This document shows positions 57,471 through 64,000 of a DNA stretch of 64,000 nt, in pieces (position 1 is the stretch's first letter; every line of letters begins with the position of its first letter). The translations under genes were made by a program, and so were the position numbers. The DNA comes from the human T2T-CHM13v2.0 reference genome, Homo sapiens, in contig CP068257.2 in NCBI GenBank assembly GCA_009914755.4, positions 16,512,001 to 16,576,000 on the forward strand, in the 5' to 3' direction. The notes beneath the pieces were generated by a model. It saw only the letters and a program-made list of their open reading frames with translations. It searched no databases and was not told the origin of the DNA.

Positions 57471-58059
57471 TGCAAGCTGAACTGCCTTGGGTTGGGGTAT
57501 AAGTGGTGCAAGGACTCCTAAGTCCACTGGCTCTGAGCCCCGCACAACACCAGGACTTGCCAGGAATTACAGTCCTTGTGAACTATACTGCCTTTCAAGT
57601 TTATTTAGCATCCCAGAGTACTTCATCCCAGGATGGTGAAGCTTGCCAGAACTCAGGTTCTGATTGCTGGAATGGGTCATTCTCCTCTGGCTAGGGCTGG
57701 TCTAAACACTCCCTTTGTGGTCTCTAGCTGAGTTATCCTCCATGTTGCTTTCTGCTGTGACAGAGCAGCACTGAGTTCCAGTGCAATGTCCCACAATCAC
57801 GGCACTTCCCCTCCCCGATGTGCACAGATTCTCTCTCTGTGCGACATGGCCACTGCCTGGGGGATGGGATGCAGGTGGTGTTGGCAATTTAAGACTCTTT
57901 CCTACTCTCTTCAGTGACTCCTTCAGCGATATGAGGTCAAAACCAGGTATGTGATTGCTCACCTAGCTTGGTTCTTATGAAGGTGCTTTTTTGTGTGTAT
58001 AGTTGTTCAGTGTGATGTTCTTGTGGGGAGGACAACTGGTGAAGTCTTGTATTCAATTA

Positions 58060-58638
58060 TCTTGCTCTGCCTGCTCAGGTTAAAAACTCTGACTCCTCTT
58101 TTCGCATCTCCAGTAGACCCATCCAGTCCAATCCATTTATTGTACATAAAAACATCTAGAAATTTATTCCTCCTTATCACTTCCATAGCTACTACCTTGG
58201 TTAGGCTGCTATCATTTCTTACATGGTCTACTGCAAAGTCTCCTAATCATGAACTACTAAACAGAAGCAAAAGCAACTTTTGCTCTTGACCCCTCACAGT
58301 CTTATTTCAACACAGTAGCCAGAATGTCAGAGTAACTCTATCAAAACTCACATTACTTCTCCAAAGTTGTTCCATCACATTCAGAATAAAAGTTAAAGTC
58401 ATTAAAATGGCCTTCAAAGTTTACACTGTTTGGCACTTGTTACCTCTCTGAACCACCTCCTACTATCATCCCTGATTGAATTTTGTTCCAGCTACACATT
58501 ACTTTTGACTTGCCTCAAAATAACCAGGCATGCCTCTGCCTCAAAGACTCCCACCCAAGCCTCACCACTCCTGTTCATACACCTGCCTCTTTTCCTTTAA
58601 ATATTTATATATTTTATTCCCTTGCATCCTACACATGG

Positions 58639-58640
<2 letters not shown>
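58060..58640 (+). mobile_element. L2 (LINE-2) 3'-region fragment
   Basis: ...ccctcacagtcttatttcaacacagtagccagaatgtcagagtaactctatcaaaactcacattacttctccaaagttgttccatcacattcagaataaaagttaaagtcattaaaatggccttcaaagtttacactgtttggcacttgttacctctctgaaccacctcctactatcatccc...cctgcctcttttcc follows L2 (...ccctacagtctattctcaacacagcagccagagtgatcctgttaaaacataagtcagatcatgtcactcctctgctcaaaaccctccaatggcttcccatctcactcagagtaaaagccaaagtccttacaatggcctacaaggccctacatgatctggcccc...ctctgacctcatctcc...). Confidence 0.55.
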
Positions 58641-58681
<41 letters not shown>

Positions 58682-58686
58682 CACAC
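58641..58686. repeat. (AC)17 microsatellite with a degenerate tcacactcacac end
   Basis: Seen directly. It accounts for the HTHTHT runs in ORFs 58483..58737 and 58530..58742. Confidence 0.95.
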
Positions 58687-61600
58687 CCTGGCCGCATTCC
58701 TGCTGTATTTTGTTCCATAGCACTTGTCATTCAGTAGCATAAAATGTGTTTTAATTACATAGTCTCTTCATTTACTGTATATTCCCCCTCTCTGGTTTTG
58801 AGCTCTAGAAGGCAGGGATTTTCTGTTTTGTTCAGATCTGTACCTGTATTTAGGACACTGAACAGCATATAGGTGATACTCAATAACTATTGAATGAATG
58901 AGTTACTTAAGCTAGAGGAAAGCATGTCAAATTAAAAACAATCAATGGCCCAGCAATGAGTCCAAAAGGAAAAAGTTAGCATCAGAATCTCAACAGGTCA
59001 GGAAGAGGTTTGGTGGTCTTGGGACATTGTGAGTTAGACTAGGACATTCTGGAAATTCTATGCCTGAGACCCACAGGTTTCAAGATGGATTGATAAGTCA
59101 CTGCTTTTCAGTTGCCAACCATATTGGCCATTACTATCTTTCACATTTACTTTACTTTTTTTCCCCCACTTCTGGGGCTTACTAATTAATCATGATGGCA
59201 AAAGTCATCAATTTTGAAGAATTCATATATCAAGTGTGCAATAGTCACATATGGTTAGTGGTTCCTGTATTAGACAGAACCGACCTGGAACTTTTCAATC
59301 ATTGCACAAAGTTTTATTGATCGTGCCTCTCTAGGCTTGTTTTTGCTAGTTGCATTTTTTTATTTGTTTGTCCACCATAAATTTATTCATTTGAAAACAG
59401 TTATTCCATGATGAATATATGAGAGTCTATCTATTAAGAGTGGTAGTGAAATTTAAAGAACTTAGAATCCATGCAGAAAAATAAATCATAATTGTTACAC
59501 AATAAATGTTCCATTAGAAGCATATGCAGAGTACTAAATGGACAAAAATAAAGCAGTAATTAATTTTGCTTTGGGGATGGGAATGGTCATTTAATACATG
59601 CTTTGAGTCTTTCTTTTTGCTATGGTTATAACTGTCAGAAAGAAATAGCTGAACACTGATGTCTAATATGTTTATTGTTGAAAAAAATCCAATCGATATC
59701 AGTCTGAATGTTAACGAATAGCATGACTTTTCCACTGCCCAAACAATATCATAGTTAATAGCAATTTTGATGTCTGAAGCCACCATAATTGCTCTCAGAA
59801 ATCAATAGATCAATAAGAGACTCTTTTTGGTTTTAGATACAAGTATTGAACCACACATCATAGTTTGAAAAGGTTACTTTTGATCATGACAACCCGGACA
59901 AATTTAGAATTAGTTTGAAAAACAAATAGAAACAAGTGAATTCTTATTTTTAAAGCCTATACCTTTAGACTTAAAGCAGTACAAACATGCATTTACAATT
60001 TTATTATATATTATTTAAATTTCATGAGGCTTTGGGTGTTTTCATTGGATGTACAAATTTATTAAACTACAATAATTAATAAATAAAGCCACAGCTAAAC
60101 AATTTTCTAAACACACTCAGAATTTATCTACATTATAGTTTAAAAAGTAAATTATAAAAAATTAACTGGGACAATATTTAATACCTGAAATTTAATCAGG
60201 AAAAGTTTTATAGAAAGCTTTCTGTAAATATTCACTTGAATTGAGAATTTCTAAATTCATCTCTTTCTTTGATTCTTTCTTCATCTATATAAAAATTGTG
60301 TGTTGATATTCTTCTATGACAATGTCATGTTTGAAACATTTCTCTCCAAGGGAAATAATCCCGCAATGAGATGTGTAAATACCATGCTTATCTTAGCTGG
60401 AACTACAAACAAAGATGAAAGCAAAAAGCCTATGTCCATCATGTTATTTGGAGGAAGTGATGGCATTATCATTTAAAGAGCAATTGCTTGTATTGATTGC
60501 ATTCAGCATTTAGGAAACACTAATAGAGATGGAGATGTGATGGTTTGTTTGTTTTCGAAGAAGTTAGGTAATGTCAAACAAATGATCTGGGTCCAAATCT
60601 GACATATGAACAATTCTTCTTTCAGCATATGTTACTGGAATTGCAAGTAATGATTTGATCGAAGATACATCTTTTGAGACACTCTTATAATTTAGTCAGC
60701 TTTACTGGTTTAGATTGTTATTTGGACATTTTCAACCTTTAATAACTGTAAGGCTTGTACCAGTACAGATTACTTATTGCTTATAAAATGATTATTAGCA
60801 AGTTAAAATGCCTACATTTTCTAAGGAGGTAGAAAGAAATCTTTCCTGACCTAGAATCCAAACAAAATGTCCCAAAGGTACTGAACATTTTCTCTTATTT
60901 AGTATACACCAACTAAACAACCGAATGCTATTATTGCCCAGTTCTGTTTTGCCTGTGTTGGGACACAAAAAACACTTTTCAGTTATTGCAACTAACATTG
61001 TTTGAGTACAGTAGCATGCTTCTAGTCATTCACTGGGAATGAAATTGGGGTGGATGAAATTAATGGAAAGATAGAAGAAAAGAAAATACTCTGAGGTAGA
61101 CTTGGGTGTAAAGGATGCCCAGCTGAGATTGGAGTATAAACTTGAACAAGGATGGAGAAAATAAGACTAGATACTAAGAACTTGGGGTCATCTGATTGAA
61201 TTATGGCTGGGTATCTTCAAAGCCACCTAGCATAGTCAATGGAGATTTCAATTAGGACTGTATACAAGTATAGGGGTTTTTATCTATAAAATTGAGGCAG
61301 CAGGAAAAAGAGCTGAGACCAGCAAATAGGAAATGAGTCAAGTCAAAATGAGTTTATTTATCAAATGTTAGAGTTCAGGCAGTCACTATCCCCACCAGTT
61401 TTTTCCAGTGATCTGGATTGACAAGTGGGAAGGAGGGAAAGACCCTTAATAACTTTTTCATCTTAATAACTATTTCTTCTATACTGGGAAGGTGCAAGCC
61501 AGAAATTCTAAAATATGTGGGGAACAATGCCAAGTCTTTTCTCAAGAAGTTCAATGAGTCTAAAGTCACTTTTTTTCTATCCGTAGACTCTAATAAATTT

Positions 61601-64000
61601 GCAATGCCAACTTTGTCATCCACCTATTTCTTCCCTGTATCCAATTTCCTTATTACTGGTTTAAATTTTGACTTGTATTATTACATTAGCCTGATATTCT
61701 CCCCTCTTGACCTTCATAAGTCTTATTTATCCATTAAGAAATGTTGAAAGTCACCTCAGTTCTAAAGCTTTATCATGTCTGTTCATTATATTGGATCACA
61801 CCTTCCTCTGACCTTTCTCGTTACTTTAAGTAGTAATTATTTTATAATATGGTTCAGTTTGTTCCATATTTTTCCTACTAGACTGCATGCTTAGAATGGA
61901 TAAGACTAGTGTTTTAATTATCTTTCAATCGCTCTAGCACCTAGCGAAATTCTTCCCATACAGTACACGCCAATAAATGTCTATTCAATCAGATTATAAC
62001 CTATCTACACATATTATAAGCCTGGTTCAATCACTTATTGTCTTCAGAGAGATTTTTTGCCTGTCTTGCCATTAGCTCTTCATTTGCAAATTGAGGAAGC
62101 AATCTACTTTCACTGAATATGTAAAATAATTTTAGACTTAAGGAATGCATATATGGAAGAACCAGGAACAGCAGTTATAGACTCATCACGTACGTCTCGA
62201 ACATCTAAAATTTGACAAGCACTCTTCTAGGTACTGTTAATTACTAGAAGAGTCTTATCAGGGCCAACTTAGTACAGAGAACATTTGAACTGAGCCAGAA
62301 TCACTTAGGCGATAGTCACCTTATGTCCCTAACTTACAGCGTAGACCAATCTCACACACAGCTGCATTGTTTGAAAGATTCTTTAAAAAATAGTATAGAA
62401 ATAATAAGAGTGTAAAATTAACAACATACATACATACAGTTAGAGGAAAACATAGCATCCAAAAGGATAAAAATGGTAAACCAAAATGATATTTAACAAG
62501 AAAATATAAGCAAAGATATTCATGATAAAACAACTGTAATAAATCTAAGAAAAATTAAATAAATAATTTTCACAAAGAAGGTACTTTGTTCTGTGACTGT
62601 CCATGATTGGCAGCCGTCTTGCCTCATAATTGTCTCCCAGTTTGAACTCACTTTAGGTAATCCATAAAAGGAAGAGAGAACTCAGGCTTATTTGCTTTCT
62701 CAAACATGAAAAAAAAAAAAAGGTTTTATCAGAATCTCCTGCTTTGGGAACTCCTCTTCTTTCATTCTATGATAATCTTGTGCAGTCCAGGTAGGGCTAG
62801 TCCTCCTACCTACAAACTTCCACCTCAGGAGATAGGCAATTGATCTTCTCCAGCATGAAAGCAGGAGCAATCAGGTTTGCAGGAATTTATTTTATGTGGA
62901 AGGAATACGTCTAATAATAAGATCAAACATAGCAGAGAGATATATAAAGAGGCATCGTCTTGACGATATCTTTTGAATCCCTTCATTCAGCCTTCTTCAA
63001 ATTTAGTTCAATTCCTTGACTCCCAGGTATGTTGGGCTACTGTATTGTCTTTGGCCTTAAGTTAGTTTGAGTTGAAATATATACTTACATCTGAACAGCA
63101 ATCCAGATTAATGCTTTTTCTTTCAGTCTTATATTTAGCATATTTAGCTTGTCCTTAAGTCATCGATGATTCAGGGACCAAGTTAATTCTTGAATTTGCC
63201 ATTTGATTTGGGTTTCCTCCTAATGGTTATTCTGAAGGATTTGGTTGGTTCTGGAATTTGGAGCCCTAACTATTATGAAACACTGGTTAATCCTGAAGAG
63301 GCATACATCTGGAGAACTCGCTACTTCTATCTATGAGTTTACTCTCAAACTTCTTGGGAAATCTTAACTAAATTGGTCTCTCTGCATGGGGAGGATACAG
63401 TGACATTTTTATCTGGGTGAAATTACCATTAAACTCCATTTAAGCAATTAACAAAGAGGTTTTTAATATTGTTTAGCTTTGGAGTCAAATAATTTTTTTC
63501 CTTTGGTATTATTTATCTTTTTCCTTTTTTTGCAATGCTAAGATATGCAAAATATACATTTACATTATTTCTTCTCTTATATGTTAATTTCTTACTTTAT
63601 GTTCCCTTTTCTTATTTCCTTCCTTTCTTTCTTGTTTTTTTATGGTTTGTTGGATTGATTGATACATAACAATTGTACATATTTATGGGGTACGTGTAAT
63701 ATTTTGATATATGCATATGAAGTATAATGATTAAATCAGGGTGATTGGAATATCCATTACTTCAAATATTTATCATTTCTTTGTGATGAGAACATACCAA
63801 ATCTTTTCTTCTAGCTATTTTAAAATAGACGATAAATTTTTGATAACTATAGTCCTCGCATTATGCTATAAACCACTACAACACATTTCTTCTATCTAAC
63901 TGTGTTTTTGTACCCATTAACAAGCCTCTCTTCATTTATTCTTCCCCATTACACTTCCCACTCATAGGTAACAACAATTCTACTCTCTACTTCTAGGAGA

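Overview
This 64-kb window is primate nuclear genomic DNA, almost certainly human or a close hominid. It is AT-rich and densely packed with interspersed repeats. The evidence is recognisable dimeric Alu elements of several ages (AluJ, AluS, near-consensus AluY) and many L1 fragments whose minus-strand translations match L1 ORF2 (endonuclease, RT and C-terminal motifs). There are also ERVL/MaLR LTRs (MLT1-type and one MLT2-like), L2/MIR remnants, DNA-transposon fragments (MER20-like, Tigger-like) and several microsatellites. Nothing in the sequence supports a protein-coding gene, an RNA gene, a CpG island, a CRISPR array, or any prokaryotic-style system. Every ORF in the six-frame track is short (133 aa or less) and is explained by Alu, L1 or simple-repeat sequence. 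The window is therefore an ordinary gene-poor, L1-rich intergenic or deep-intronic segment. Several things merit a second look. They are six retrotransposon insertions verified by target-site duplications, including a near-consensus AluY and a nested L1PA 3' fragment; a roughly 335-bp tandem triplication next to the 5' end of an old L1; a twin-priming-like inverted L1 fragment pair; a long compound (TA)n array; a strong minus-strand bias of L1 fragments; and two same-orientation MLT1 LTRs that could be a residual MaLR provirus. Coordinates of old, diverged repeats are approximate (tens of bp), and family names for them rest on recalled consensus sequences, not on a database search.
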